Positions 30,191 to 39,030 of a stretch of DNA of 64,000 nucleotides are shown here, in pieces (position 1 is the stretch's first letter; each line of letters begins with the position of its first letter). The notes beneath the pieces are model-generated. The model was not told the origin of the DNA, ran no database searches, and worked only from the letters and a program-made list of their open reading frames with translations. The position numbers were made by a program, and so were the translations under genes. Source of the stretch: a virus (Duplodnaviria > Caudoviricetes); the IMG/VR virus record IMGVR_UViG_3300030061_004132, positions 29,724-93,723 of that record; one strand, 5' to 3'.

Positions 30191-30382
30191 GAGGAAAAGA
30201 TTCTTGTTGTGGCTTACGAGCCATGTACCGTTACGCCCCTTCATGGCACGAAAGATACTCTCTCCCGTGCGTGGGATGGTGACCAGTACGGTCGTGCGCT
30301 CACGCTCTACTGGGAGTCCAGCCGAGCGAAGTGCTTTGACCATAGCGTTGAGGTTCGTGCTGTCCGCGATGAATGAAACCAT
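30188..30382 (-). CDS. early hypothetical protein
   Basis: Start MVSFIAD set by promoter and SD. Confidence 0.65.
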   Translation of the reverse strand: MVSFIADSTNLNAMVKALRSAGLPVERERTTVLVTIPRTGESIFRAMKGRNGTWLVSHNKNLFL

Positions 30383-30444
30383 GTTGTCTCTCCCTTGTTG
30401 CATATATCTATTAACCGTTTGAGTAGAAGATGCAAGTTTTATTT

Positions 30445-31281
30445 TTATGACCTCGGTTGTACTTCTACTGCATCTGCACTTAGCCACTCAACATCTTTCC
30501 AACCTCCACGAGTAGGCTCCTCCCCAAACCCGATACCGATGCGTCCTTCCTTCGCCCAGAATATTTTTCCTACCTCTCCGGTGCGCTCTCCTTCGAGGAC
30601 ACAAACAAGTTCTCCCTTCTGCGGTAGCGCCTTGGTGCGCTCGACTCGCTCGTCGCACAGGGCGTTCATGTAGTCAACCCACGTCATGCCCTCTGGCTTG
30701 TTGGCTACTGCCTCAACGTTACGCAGGTACGTCCAGTGCTTGTTGCCCTCGTCGTCACGGATGCCGATGCGGGTTCCGTACTGTCCCTCGCGCTCCCAGA
30801 AAAGAATACCTTCTGTACCCACAGCAACCTTACGTCCCCGTGCGACCACGACGCGGGAGTTCGTGTGAACCGTCTTGCACCAGCGCTCTGCGTCCTCCTC
30901 AGCGCGTTGTGCTGCCCTCTCTGCGTTCTCCTGCTCAATGACCGCAAGTTCGGCCAGAGCGCCCTCCTCGCCACCCTCACGGAAGGCAAGCACCGTGCGG
31001 CTACCACCCTTGGTGAACCACTCGACCTCAACCAGCACTTCCTCGCTGGCGTCCACGACAACCTTCTTGGAGCGGTTCGGGTCTTCGGAGTGACCTACCT
31101 CAATCTCGCAGATGGTCGCGCTCTCACGGTCCCAGACGTTGGTGTACCACTGTGTCCCCCAGACGGAGAAGAACACGCGGATGGCGCGAGAAGCCTGTGG
31201 GCGTCCGTTGCCCATGCCAAGCACCGCGTCCTGAAAGTCTGCAACCGTCTCGCCCGCTTCGTTCGTATAGATGATAGCCAT
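30445..31281 (-). CDS. early protein with KOW/SH3-like repeats
   Basis: VARGRKVAVGTEG and GERTGEVGKIFW. Confidence 0.7.
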   Translation of the reverse strand: MAIIYTNEAGETVADFQDAVLGMGNGRPQASRAIRVFFSVWGTQWYTNVWDRESATICEIEVGHSEDPNRSKKVVVDASEEVLVEVEWFTKGGSRTVLAFREGGEEGALAELAVIEQENAERAAQRAEEDAERWCKTVHTNSRVVVARGRKVAVGTEGILFWEREGQYGTRIGIRDDEGNKHWTYLRNVEAVANKPEGMTWVDYMNALCDERVERTKALPQKGELVCVLEGERTGEVGKIFWAKEGRIGIGFGEEPTRGGWKDVEWLSADAVEVQPRS

Positions 31282-31356
31282 GTTCCCTCCTGTTGTGTAC
31301 TACACTTAACCGATTGAGAAGAGGACGCAAGTTTATTTTTTGCGTCCTCGCTTTCT

Positions 31357-31599
31357 TTACGCTGTGCGCCGCCAGACACGGATGCGGGAGTCAGTGCTGC
31401 CTGTGTCCGACTCGCGGGAGAGTCGGTCCAACTCCGAGTCCAGTTCACGCATGAGCGCGGCGTGTGCCCTGCGACGGTCCTCGCGGAAGACTGCACGGAG
31501 TGCCCTGTCTTCGATGTTGGATGCGCGGGAGATGCTGCGCCCCTTCGCGTTTGCGCTGCGGTTGGTGCGGGGGTTTGCGGTGATTCGACGACGTGCCAT
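31357..31599 (-). CDS. Arg-rich early protein
   Basis: Own promoter and leader. Confidence 0.6.
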   Translation of the reverse strand: MARRRITANPRTNRSANAKGRSISRASNIEDRALRAVFREDRRRAHAALMRELDSELDRLSRESDTGSTDSRIRVWRRTA

Positions 31600-31653
31600 G
31601 TTGACCTCTGCTGTTGTTGTTGTGCTTACAATATAATCGATTGGGTTAGGCTG

Positions 31654-31818
31654 TCAAGTATTTTTTGTTTCTAGTTCTACAATCCCGTGTGTCTCACAGA
31701 TGACCTGTGCCTTGGCGTAGCCCGCCTTGGTAGCGATAGCCCATGCCAACCCGTAGGGCATACCCTCGCGAGTCGTCGGTTGTCCCTGTGGGCTATTCCA
31801 AGTCTTAATCGTGTACAT
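31654..31818 (-). CDS. 54-aa early protein (not in ORF track)
   Basis: MYTIKTWNSPQG...; own promoter and SD. Confidence 0.55.
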   Translation of the reverse strand: MYTIKTWNSPQGQPTTREGMPYGLAWAIATKAGYAKAQVICETHGIVELETKNT

Positions 31819-31856
31819 CATTCCCCCGCTGTTGTGTGATAACTAATAACAAGCCC

Positions 31857-32078
31857 TCAGTCGCCTGTCAACCCATCCTCGGTAAGAGTGATGCGACCGT
31901 GCTGGCTAACCGTGTGCCCACAGTCCTCACACTTGCTAGCTGCAACGAGCACCGCATCACCCGATGGCCCGCAGCAGTCATACTTCCGAGCAGGAGCGCC
32001 GCGTCTCCCACCGCTGGTGTTGACATTTTGAAGCGCCACGCCTTTCCCCATGTACCCACCGCACTCTCGACACTCCAT
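31857..32078 (-). CDS. zinc-ribbon early protein
   Basis: CRECGG...KCEDCGH. Confidence 0.65.
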   Translation of the reverse strand: MECRECGGYMGKGVALQNVNTSGGRRGAPARKYDCCGPSGDAVLVAASKCEDCGHTVSQHGRITLTEDGLTGD

Positions 32079-32133
32079 GTTCTTTTCTCCTTGTGTGTTC
32101 CTCTTAACTGGTCTGGGAACAGGTGCAAGTTTT

Positions 32134-32469
32134 TTATTCGTTGTTGATAAGTCTTCGTTCCAGATAACCAGTCTCGTTGGTTTCGTAATCCTCGGAGACA
32201 CGGCAGGTGATACCAACTCTCTTTTGCTCGTACTGCCCCTGAGCAGACAAAGTTTTCTGCATCTCCTCTACCACTTTCTTGGCGCTGCGTAGGCTAGGCA
32301 CCACTGGATTGCAGTTCATGTCATGCGCCAAGGGTGCCAACTTGTGCATCTCTCTCCATATCTTAATAGCGCTAATCTTGTGGCGGGTGCAGCGCCACAT
32401 GGTGTCTGTGAACGGGTAGTAAGTAAGGTCTTCTGGGCGGGGTTTAATATCGATGACTGTGATGTCCAT
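32134..32469 (-). CDS. early protein with ribosomal L7/L12 C-terminal-like motif
   Basis: KISAIKIWRE...SLRSAKKVVE. Confidence 0.5.
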   Translation of the reverse strand: MDITVIDIKPRPEDLTYYPFTDTMWRCTRHKISAIKIWREMHKLAPLAHDMNCNPVVPSLRSAKKVVEEMQKTLSAQGQYEQKRVGITCRVSEDYETNETGYLERRLINNE

Positions 32470-32524
32470 GCTACCTCCTACAAACATCTATTAACCGTTC
32501 CACGTCAGTGTGCAAGTTTTTTAT

Positions 32525-33031
32525 TTACTCCCTCCGCAAAGTAATCTTACCACCACAGCCCTTATGAGTAAAGGTAACTCCTCGCTGCTTATAGCCTCGC
32601 GGCATGCGTGCGCGATGCCCAAGGTTCCCGCAGACCTGACAATGCACCGCGATGGTCCTTTTCTGGCGGACTGCCGACACATCATAGCTGTGGCACCGAT
32701 GGTTTTTCTTCACGCCTGTGATGCGCGTCATTATTTCTTGAAACCTTCGCGTGTGTCCACGCTCATTGTACTTATGCACAAGATACGCATGAGTCATCTC
32801 ATGAACCAAAGTGTTCTCAATCTTGTCGATTGGGTAGCCCAAGCTACTGAACAACTTATCAGAGAGGGAGATTTCCGTAGGCTCAAGCTCTTCACCGTTC
32901 CGAGAATATCTGCAATACCCAGAAGTTGTGGTGAGCCTGCGGTTCCACCTTAGCTTAATCGCTGGGACTTCGCAGTTGAAGTGTTCGATGTTGAGTTTCA
33001 CAAACATGCGGTGTAGGTTTGGTTGTTCCAT
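32525..33031 (-). CDS. SprT-like zinc metalloprotease
   Basis: WNRRLTTTSG, LVHEMTH, HTRRF, CQVC. Confidence 0.85.
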   Translation of the reverse strand: MEQPNLHRMFVKLNIEHFNCEVPAIKLRWNRRLTTTSGYCRYSRNGEELEPTEISLSDKLFSSLGYPIDKIENTLVHEMTHAYLVHKYNERGHTRRFQEIMTRITGVKKNHRCHSYDVSAVRQKRTIAVHCQVCGNLGHRARMPRGYKQRGVTFTHKGCGGKITLRRE

Positions 33032-33090
33032 GCTGCTCTCCTGTGTTGTGAATACCACTTAACTGATTGGGTCGAAGGAGCAAGTTTTTT

Positions 33091-33522
33091 TTAGGTGAAA
33101 GCGTGAGCGGGGATAACTACCTCCTCCCCAGAACCAGTATCGGCAGTATCCAGTTCATACCCCGCTGCCATCAACTCTGCGGTGTGCATTTCGTTGGTAG
33201 GGGCGTCGTCAATCGATTCGACCCCATTACACTCACCAGAGATTCGGGGGGTGCCATTAATCGGTGGGTAAACGATGCGATTGGTGTCATGAACCTCGAC
33301 CTCGCTCCCCCTCACCACTCGCTTGTGTACTGCGATGATGTATCTGGTGCAGTCATTAAAGATGTGGTGTTCGTCTGGGTTGGTGACCCCAATGACCTCT
33401 CCCTCGACGTAGTACCACCTATCGCGCTTTCCATCGGGAAAGTCATGCGAGCGCACCACCGTCCCAATAAGTGCCTTCGCGTTTTTAAGATTGACATAGT
33501 GTCGTTCGCCTGCTGTTGCCAT
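33091..33522 (-). CDS. early hypothetical protein
   Basis: Own promoter and leader. Confidence 0.65.
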   Translation of the reverse strand: MATAGERHYVNLKNAKALIGTVVRSHDFPDGKRDRWYYVEGEVIGVTNPDEHHIFNDCTRYIIAVHKRVVRGSEVEVHDTNRIVYPPINGTPRISGECNGVESIDDAPTNEMHTAELMAAGYELDTADTGSGEEVVIPAHAFT

Positions 33523-33675
33523 GTTATCCCCCTGTTGTCTGCTTATCTTTTATCAAAGAATCTTGTAACTGTCAAGAACAAATATTTAAAACCTTCTGTA
33601 GTCTCTCGCAACGCTTGTTCGCTCCAAGGTAGCACAGCGATAGCAAGTAGCGAAAGAGCGGAAACGGCAACCAAC

Positions 33676-33816
33676 TCAAACACGGACCCTTCCTCGGCAT
33701 GCTTTCTTGCTCGCCTGCTTCCTGCGGTCAGGATGACGACCCGCCTTTGCAGACCGTGCCATCATAGCCAACACCAGTGGGTTTCGGCGCTTGGGTGCTT
33801 TGTTTTTCTTTGCCAT
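33676..33816 (-). CDS. small basic early protein
   Basis: MAKKNKAPKRRNP...AGRH; own promoter. Confidence 0.6.
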   Translation of the reverse strand: MAKKNKAPKRRNPLVLAMMARSAKAGRHPDRRKQASKKACRGRVRV

Positions 33817-33842
33817 GTTCTCTCCCTCGTTGTATTTACAAT

Positions 33843-34151
33843 CTAACAAGCAATCGGACTCTTGGCAAGTTTTTCTTCCCACTCCTCAAGTCGAGCCATA
33901 GCCGTAGGCGATTCATACTCAACAGCCATCTCCATCCTAAGCTGCTCCCAACGCCGTGCCCACTGAACCGCGTCTTGAGGAGTGGCGTCCTTTGCGAAGG
34001 CGGTCTGGAACGTCTCAATGAGTTCTTGCTCGCCCCACGCCTCGTCAATCGAGGTGCAGCTTCCACGACCCACCATCGCATCGCTACGAATGGCGTCAAT
34101 CATGCTTTGCTCTTTTGCCGTGGGAATCATCTTCCAGTGTTCTACTGCCAT
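33843..34151 (-). CDS. early hypothetical protein
   Basis: VGRGSCTSIDE; own promoter. Confidence 0.65.
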   Translation of the reverse strand: MAVEHWKMIPTAKEQSMIDAIRSDAMVGRGSCTSIDEAWGEQELIETFQTAFAKDATPQDAVQWARRWEQLRMEMAVEYESPTAMARLEEWEEKLAKSPIAC

Positions 34152-34213
34152 GCTGTTCTCCTGTGTTGTGTAAACATCTTAATGGGTTCTGGTTTAAGAG
34201 TCAAGGATTTTTT

Positions 34214-34651
34214 TTAGTAACGCCCTCGCATATTATTATGGTAGATTGTTTGGTAGCACTCATGCTCAGTGACCTCGCGGCCCAACTCCCTAAAGAGGGT
34301 CTTCAGTTTTGTGTTCAGTCCACGCGCCTTCATCATGGCGGCGGTGCGACTAATCTCCCCGTCACAGTGGAGGTTCTCTGGCGAGAGTGCGGCATAAATG
34401 CTATCAATCTCTTTAATAATCTCCAGTTCTGTGCGATATGGTCGCTCATATGTATTCGACAGCGAAGGGCTGTCGTGCCACACAAGACTCTTTGGCACTC
34501 GCCATGACCCACCGCTGTCGTACTGACCACGGGTGCCGCGAGTTTCCATCGCGGTAATCTTGTAGCTCTTCTGGTTCACCTTGGTGATGCGACCACGGGT
34601 CTTCTCACCATTGGGGCGACCAAACAATACTGTGTCTCCAACTCTAAACAT
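34214..34651 (-). CDS. early hypothetical protein (LSPENLHCDGE family)
   Basis: SH3-like N-terminus plus LSPENLHCDGEI. Confidence 0.7.
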   Translation of the reverse strand: MFRVGDTVLFGRPNGEKTRGRITKVNQKSYKITAMETRGTRGQYDSGGSWRVPKSLVWHDSPSLSNTYERPYRTELEIIKEIDSIYAALSPENLHCDGEISRTAAMMKARGLNTKLKTLFRELGREVTEHECYQTIYHNNMRGRY

Positions 34652-34680
34652 GTTCTCTCCTCTGTTGTTGTGTATACTAC

Positions 34681-34947
34681 TTAACTGGTTGTTGATTGGT
34701 TGTCAAGGGCTGGAGAGAGCACGTCGCCGATGCGCCGGTCGAAGGTGCGGCTGGGGTCGTCAATGTTTTCTACAACCCTCAACTCCCACTCCCAAGCCTC
34801 ACTAATGAGGTTGGCCCACCTAACAGTGCATAGAATATCTTCTGTGTCCGTGGGGTTCACCATCCGCACACCAATAATCACGCCAAAGTCTTCCTCTAGT
34901 TCTTGTGTAGTTTCGTTAAAGTATCTTACTGTGTTGCCTACTTGCAT
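34681..34947 (-). CDS. early SH3-like protein
   Basis: MQVGNTVRY; own promoter. Confidence 0.6.
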   Translation of the reverse strand: MQVGNTVRYFNETTQELEEDFGVIIGVRMVNPTDTEDILCTVRWANLISEAWEWELRVVENIDDPSRTFDRRIGDVLSPALDNQSTTS

Positions 34948-34972
34948 GTCGTCCCCCGTTGTTCCGTACTGT

Positions 34973-35128
34973 CTACTTAACCGACTGTAGCTTCTTGTCA
35001 ATGTTTGATGCGAGAAAACGTGCGGTGGCACGGTTGTGGCACTTCACCTTATCTCCATTGGGGCTAACTACCCAGAAGGAGTTACCCGAAAGAAAAATCT
35101 TTGCTCCACTCTTAACCTTGCTGCTCAT
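34973..35128 (-). CDS. small early protein
   Basis: SD GGGAGGGAG before MSSKVK. Confidence 0.5.
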   Translation of the reverse strand: MSSKVKSGAKIFLSGNSFWVVSPNGDKVKCHNRATARFLASNIDKKLQSVK

Positions 35129-35138
35129 GCTCCCTCCC

Positions 35139-35255
35139 TTAACTAACATCATAGACAACATATTTACCCCACTCAAGAAGGACGATTAGGTCGTCGTTAC
35201 CAGAGACGAAGGTCATCGCTTCTGCTTCCCATAAAAAACTCTTTACTTCTTTCAT
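35139..35255 (-). CDS. 38-aa early protein (not in ORF track)
   Basis: MKEVKSFLWE...; own promoter and leader. Confidence 0.5.
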   Translation of the reverse strand: MKEVKSFLWEAEAMTFVSGNDDLIVLLEWGKYVVYDVS

Positions 35256-35282
35256 GTTCTCTCCTGTTGTTGTACTAGTAGT

Positions 35283-35522
35283 TTAATGGGTCGGCTGGGA
35301 TGCGTCAAGCATTTTCGCATTTTCATATACTCGGATGTACTCCCAACAGGAGCCTACCTGCCTACTGCCTTCGCCGCCCACACAGTGCCTCCATGCTGAC
35401 TTGGCTCCCTTTTGTTTGCTGTACCTGCGAGCCGAGATGTCGCTGTGAAGGAATACGTCCTGCACGCCATGTTCAAAACAGATTTTGTAGGTACGCCCAA
35501 CGCTTGTGTAGTTAAGTGGCAT
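35283..35522 (-). CDS. early hypothetical protein
   Basis: Coupled (TGATG) to the upstream ORF. Confidence 0.55.
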   Translation of the reverse strand: MPLNYTSVGRTYKICFEHGVQDVFLHSDISARRYSKQKGAKSAWRHCVGGEGSRQVGSCWEYIRVYENAKMLDASQPTH

Positions 35523-35623
35523 CAGATAACTCCGTGGACTGTGAGGTTAGCCCAGACGAGCACGGTGCCGTAGACCCAGAGCAGCATCATAGCTGGGTGG
35601 GTGATAAAGTCTGCTAAGTCCAT
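35522..35623 (-). CDS. 33-aa membrane peptide (not in ORF track)
   Basis: MDLADFITHPAMMLLWVYG...; own promoter. Confidence 0.5.
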   Translation of the reverse strand: MDLADFITHPAMMLLWVYGTVLVWANLTVHGVI

Positions 35624-35654
35624 TTTGTTTCTCTCTCTGCTTGGGTTGTGAAGT

Positions 35655-36062
35655 CTATTTAACCGATTTCAGAACCTTGTCAACCTCTTTCCAGTTAACA
35701 AGTCCAGATACATCTCGGTCATAAGCGTCCATAGTGCCGGGATCAGCAACCATATCCTTGGCCTGCTCGTCACTAATACTATCGATACCGTGACTCCAAA
35801 GGTACGCACCAGCCCAGCGCCAACCGTCCTCATAGGTCCAGCCACCAGTAAACTTTCCATGATAGCTTCGGGCAAGTTCCCAGATTCTTTTGTGGTTTTG
35901 GGAGGTGTCCGCAACGCTAGCGAGCAACTTCCGATTACTTTCTCCACGCCGGTAGACAGCAAAACTGTCGCTCATGCAAGCGGACCAATCATGATAGCGA
36001 CACAGCCGCGCATACTCAGACAGGTTACACTTCGCTTTTGTTACATCAACCAAACCAATCAT
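35655..36062 (-). CDS. early hypothetical protein
   Basis: HDWSACMSD...YRRG. Confidence 0.65.
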   Translation of the reverse strand: MIGLVDVTKAKCNLSEYARLCRYHDWSACMSDSFAVYRRGESNRKLLASVADTSQNHKRIWELARSYHGKFTGGWTYEDGWRWAGAYLWSHGIDSISDEQAKDMVADPGTMDAYDRDVSGLVNWKEVDKVLKSVK

Positions 36063-36112
36063 TGTTCTCTCCCGTTGTTGTGTATATATCTTAATGTATT
36101 GAGCGACCCCTG

Positions 36113-36406
36113 TCAAGCATTAATGATTGTTTGAATCACATCCTGCCCCAAAGTATTTGTGCCACCGTGAGCATCGATAACCTTTTGCACCACTTCGATG
36201 GGCACCCAACCATAAACGGTGTCGGTTGGTTTATCTGGCTCCTCAGCGTATTCCATAAGCAGTTCTTCTCTCTGGGAAGGGAACCCCACCTCCACAGCGG
36301 TCCACGGTCCCACGTCGCTGCGAGGCGAACAGTAGCAAAACCCATTTGCTTGCACGCTCATAGTAAAACCATCATTACATCGAATCTGTGGGAAGTTCAT
36401 GTCCAC
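36113..36406 (-). CDS. conserved phage hypothetical protein
   Basis: CNDGFTMSVQA...SPR...VEVGFPS...TVYGWVP. Confidence 0.75.
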   Translation of the reverse strand: MDMNFPQIRCNDGFTMSVQANGFCYCSPRSDVGPWTAVEVGFPSQREELLMEYAEEPDKPTDTVYGWVPIEVVQKVIDAHGGTNTLGQDVIQTIINA

Positions 36407-36630
36407 CCTCCCGCGATGGCAACGGACGCTACCTCTTCATAGGAAGGAACACCGTCACCGTCATCATGCCACGGGCTACCTTCATTAAGGCACACACCAT
36501 GCTCGTCATAAAAGTCATAAAACCTATCGTCGTCGTTCTCTGGCTCCTTGCCTTGCCAGCATAGCTCTACGTCGATAGTGCGGCCACCCATCTTATATTG
36601 TGCGACCACTTCGGTGTGTAGTTTTGACAT
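36397..36630 (-). CDS. early hypothetical protein
   Basis: GVCLNEG motif; own promoter. Confidence 0.6.
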   Translation of the reverse strand: MSKLHTEVVAQYKMGGRTIDVELCWQGKEPENDDDRFYDFYDEHGVCLNEGSPWHDDGDGVPSYEEVASVAIAGGWT

Positions 36631-36652
36631 TGTGTTCTCTCCTGTCTTGTGT

Positions 36653-36868
36653 TTATATCTTAACGGGTTGTGTCTTGGTTGTCAAGGCATAAAAGTCTTG
36701 CCACGTCATGAAGCCTACACCATCTACCGCCATCCCACGAGGGCTGATAAATATATTCTCTTTCCTTTCGTCGTCTCTGCCTGAAACATTAAACCTCACA
36801 GACGACCACTTCTCCGTGCCCTGATCCGTCTCTTCATCAGTACCATCGGTCATAAAAATACGAAGCAT
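36653..36868 (-). CDS. early hypothetical protein
   Basis: Own promoter and leader. Confidence 0.6.
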   Translation of the reverse strand: MLRIFMTDGTDEETDQGTEKWSSVRFNVSGRDDERKENIFISPRGMAVDGVGFMTWQDFYALTTKTQPVKI

Positions 36869-36929
36869 TGTTCTCTTCTCCTGTTGTGTTTACTACTTAA
36901 CAAGTTGTTGTTTGGTTGTCAACCAGAAT

Positions 36930-37060
36930 GTGGGGGGTTCCCAACTTCCCCCCACCGAGCACAGCCTGACCTGAGAATCACTCTCACGCTTACGCAACCA
37001 CGAGATAGCTTACTGCTCGTAAGACTTACCCACTATCTCTCTGGCCTGTGCCCCCCACGG
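36930..37060 (-). ncRNA. candidate structured RNA element
   Basis: Nested stems, GNRA loops on the minus strand, G6/C6 hairpin; no ORF. Confidence 0.5.
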
Positions 37061-37069
37061 CCCTCCTTC

Positions 37070-37399
37070 TTATCCCTCAAGAGCGGAGTTTAAGGATGCT
37101 AGCATCTTTTCAACATTACGAAGTGCCCGCCCGTCCCGACCACCAACATTCCAAGTTTTAATCTGGCCTGGGCCTACGTCGTAGTAACCATAGTTCGGTC
37201 CAGACTTCCAGTTGTAGATGGTAGCGACCGAGCCATCATCAAACTTAATATCCCATTCCCAGTCTACTTTGTAGCCATCACTCTCATGAGGTTTGCCAAG
37301 CAGTTTAAGCAAATCCTGATAGTCCGCTTGGACATATCCCCGACGTGAAGTCATATTAACATTAACTTCTTCTTCATTGTGTGTGACGAAACCAATCAT
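37070..37399 (-). CDS. conserved phage hypothetical protein
   Basis: DGYKVDWEW...ATIYNWK...WNVGG. Confidence 0.75.
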   Translation of the reverse strand: MIGFVTHNEEEVNVNMTSRRGYVQADYQDLLKLLGKPHESDGYKVDWEWDIKFDDGSVATIYNWKSGPNYGYYDVGPGQIKTWNVGGRDGRALRNVEKMLASLNSALEG

Positions 37400-37454
37400 T
37401 GTTCTCTCCTGTTGTTGTGTATACATCTTAATGTGTTTTGTTCCGGTTGTCAAG

Positions 37455-37558
37455 TGTTGCGGTTTCGGGATTTGAACCCTCTCCTGATAGTGCTAGGGCA
37501 CACACCCTTTTCCTATCGGTTCCCTACCAGACTGCTGTGTGGCAGCGGGAAACCCGCA
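37455..37558 (-). ncRNA. tRNA-like RNA with no canonical anticodon arm
   Basis: Acceptor-like stem, D-loop TGGTA, GGGTTCAAATCCC T-arm; own promoter, no SD. Confidence 0.6.
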
Positions 37559-37579
37559 TAAAGTTGTTATATTCGTATC

Positions 37580-37756
37580 TTAACTGGTAACCTTTCTATT
37601 GTCAAGGCTGCCTGTTGAATCCACGGCACCGTAGAACGTAAAGACCGCTGTCTCGCAGTCCTCACAGTGGTTAGGCCACTGTGCCCTGTTCTCTTCGTTC
37701 AGCTTGCAGCCACAGACCACACACTTGAACGGGTTTGACACTGGGCGGTGGGACAT
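37580..37756 (-). CDS. 58-aa zinc-ribbon protein (not in ORF track)
   Basis: CVVCG...HCEDC. Confidence 0.55.
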   Translation of the reverse strand: MSHRPVSNPFKCVVCGCKLNEENRAQWPNHCEDCETAVFTFYGAVDSTGSLDNRKVTS

Positions 37757-37759
37757 GCG

Positions 37760-38032
37760 TCACCGCTTTTTAGGCTTAGTGACGAGTCCGTTAACCATCT
37801 TGTAGGCTTGCACGCGGCGAGAAAACTCCTCTCCGTTGCCAGCTTCGTCGTGATAGGCATGAATAATGCCACCGGACGACACGCCAATCCATCGGCTACG
37901 ACGGTTAGTCCATGCAAACTTAACCCACTGCCCGACCCTAAGTCTGGTCCGACCAGACGTAAACCTGTCAATGTTGTTATCATCAATATAGATGGTGGAA
38001 GTGAAACTCCCCAAGTTCTTACTCGCTTTCAT
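37760..38032 (-). CDS. early hypothetical protein
   Basis: LRVGQWV; own promoter. Confidence 0.65.
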   Translation of the reverse strand: MKASKNLGSFTSTIYIDDNNIDRFTSGRTRLRVGQWVKFAWTNRRSRWIGVSSGGIIHAYHDEAGNGEEFSRRVQAYKMVNGLVTKPKKR

Positions 38033-38055
38033 ATTTCCTCCTTGTGTGAAACTAT

Positions 38056-38295
38056 TTATCCTGTTGGCTGTTGACTGTCAACACTTTCTTCAAATAAATC
38101 CTTTAGCTGGTCCTTGTACATCTCTACATCATAAGACCAGCCCTCGTCTGCTGCGAGTTTGCCAACAACGTCTGCATCCCATGCGTCCCTTAGCTTGGCC
38201 TCCGCAAACAGAACCAAGTCTTTCATGTCCCAATACGAAACAATAAGTTCCGCCAAAGTCTCTCGGTTCTCAATGTTGTTCTCAAGGTCAATCAT
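38056..38295 (-). CDS. early hypothetical protein
   Basis: ORF track. Confidence 0.6.
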   Translation of the reverse strand: MIDLENNIENRETLAELIVSYWDMKDLVLFAEAKLRDAWDADVVGKLAADEGWSYDVEMYKDQLKDLFEESVDSQQPTG

Positions 38296-38708
38296 TATGC
38301 CCCCTTTTCATTCGGAGTAGGAAGGACTGGGGTTGCGGGAGGGACATGCAGGAACGCCTGCTCCTCGTCCCACTCAAGCGACACGGTATAGTTCTTGATG
38401 ATGTCCCAAGGGTTCTCGTACCAACCCCCCACGTTACCCTCTGTGGACTCTGGGTAGTCGTGACAAGCCTCCACAATAAGATAATCCTCATCGTCGAAGA
38501 CACTGACTAGTTCGCTATAGAGATTTATCAAACCGTTGTCGCTGGTGTTATACCATTTAATATGCTCTTCATAGAAAAGAACATGGCCATCCTGTGACAC
38601 GCTTGCTGGCTGTACGAACCACTCATCAAGAGTCTTCCTAGACTTTGCGCTAAGATTATCAAACACTTCTTTTTTTAATGCTACTGCGACATCACTACGG
38701 ATACCCAT
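38295..38708 (-). CDS. conserved phage hypothetical protein
   Basis: MGIRSDV...IKWY. Confidence 0.7.
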   Translation of the reverse strand: MGIRSDVAVALKKEVFDNLSAKSRKTLDEWFVQPASVSQDGHVLFYEEHIKWYNTSDNGLINLYSELVSVFDDEDYLIVEACHDYPESTEGNVGGWYENPWDIIKNYTVSLEWDEEQAFLHVPPATPVLPTPNEKGA

Positions 38709-38766
38709 TGTTAGCTCCCTGTTGTTGTATTTACAGTTTAATGAATAAAGTTTGCGCCGTCAAGTA

Positions 38767-38973
38767 TTAATCGTCATAGACTACTGCGTAGCCGTTTGAC
38801 TCGATATAGTCAATAGCGTCTGCTTCCAAAGCATCGATGGTGTCAGGATTTGTGTCATCATCTACATCTTCTAGCCAGTCCACCCAGCCAAGGCTCTCGG
38901 CGAAGCTAAGTGTCTCACCGAAGCACTCGTAAGTGTAGATTGTTTTTAACTGCCCTTGTATGATCTCTGTCAT
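38767..38973 (-). CDS. acidic early protein
   Basis: Own promoter and leader. Confidence 0.6.
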   Translation of the reverse strand: MTEIIQGQLKTIYTYECFGETLSFAESLGWVDWLEDVDDDTNPDTIDALEADAIDYIESNGYAVVYDD

Positions 38974-39030
38974 GTTTTCCCCCTGTTGTGTTTATATCTT
39001 AATCTGTCGTTTCAGTTAAGTCAAGAAGTT

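Noticed and set aside
33676-33816. ArfA-like ribosome rescue factor
   Set aside because: Basic and of similar size, but lacks the KGKGSY motif.
37455-37558. tRNA-Sec or suppressor tRNA
   Set aside because: No UCA/CUA anticodon in a 7-nt loop and no long variable arm.
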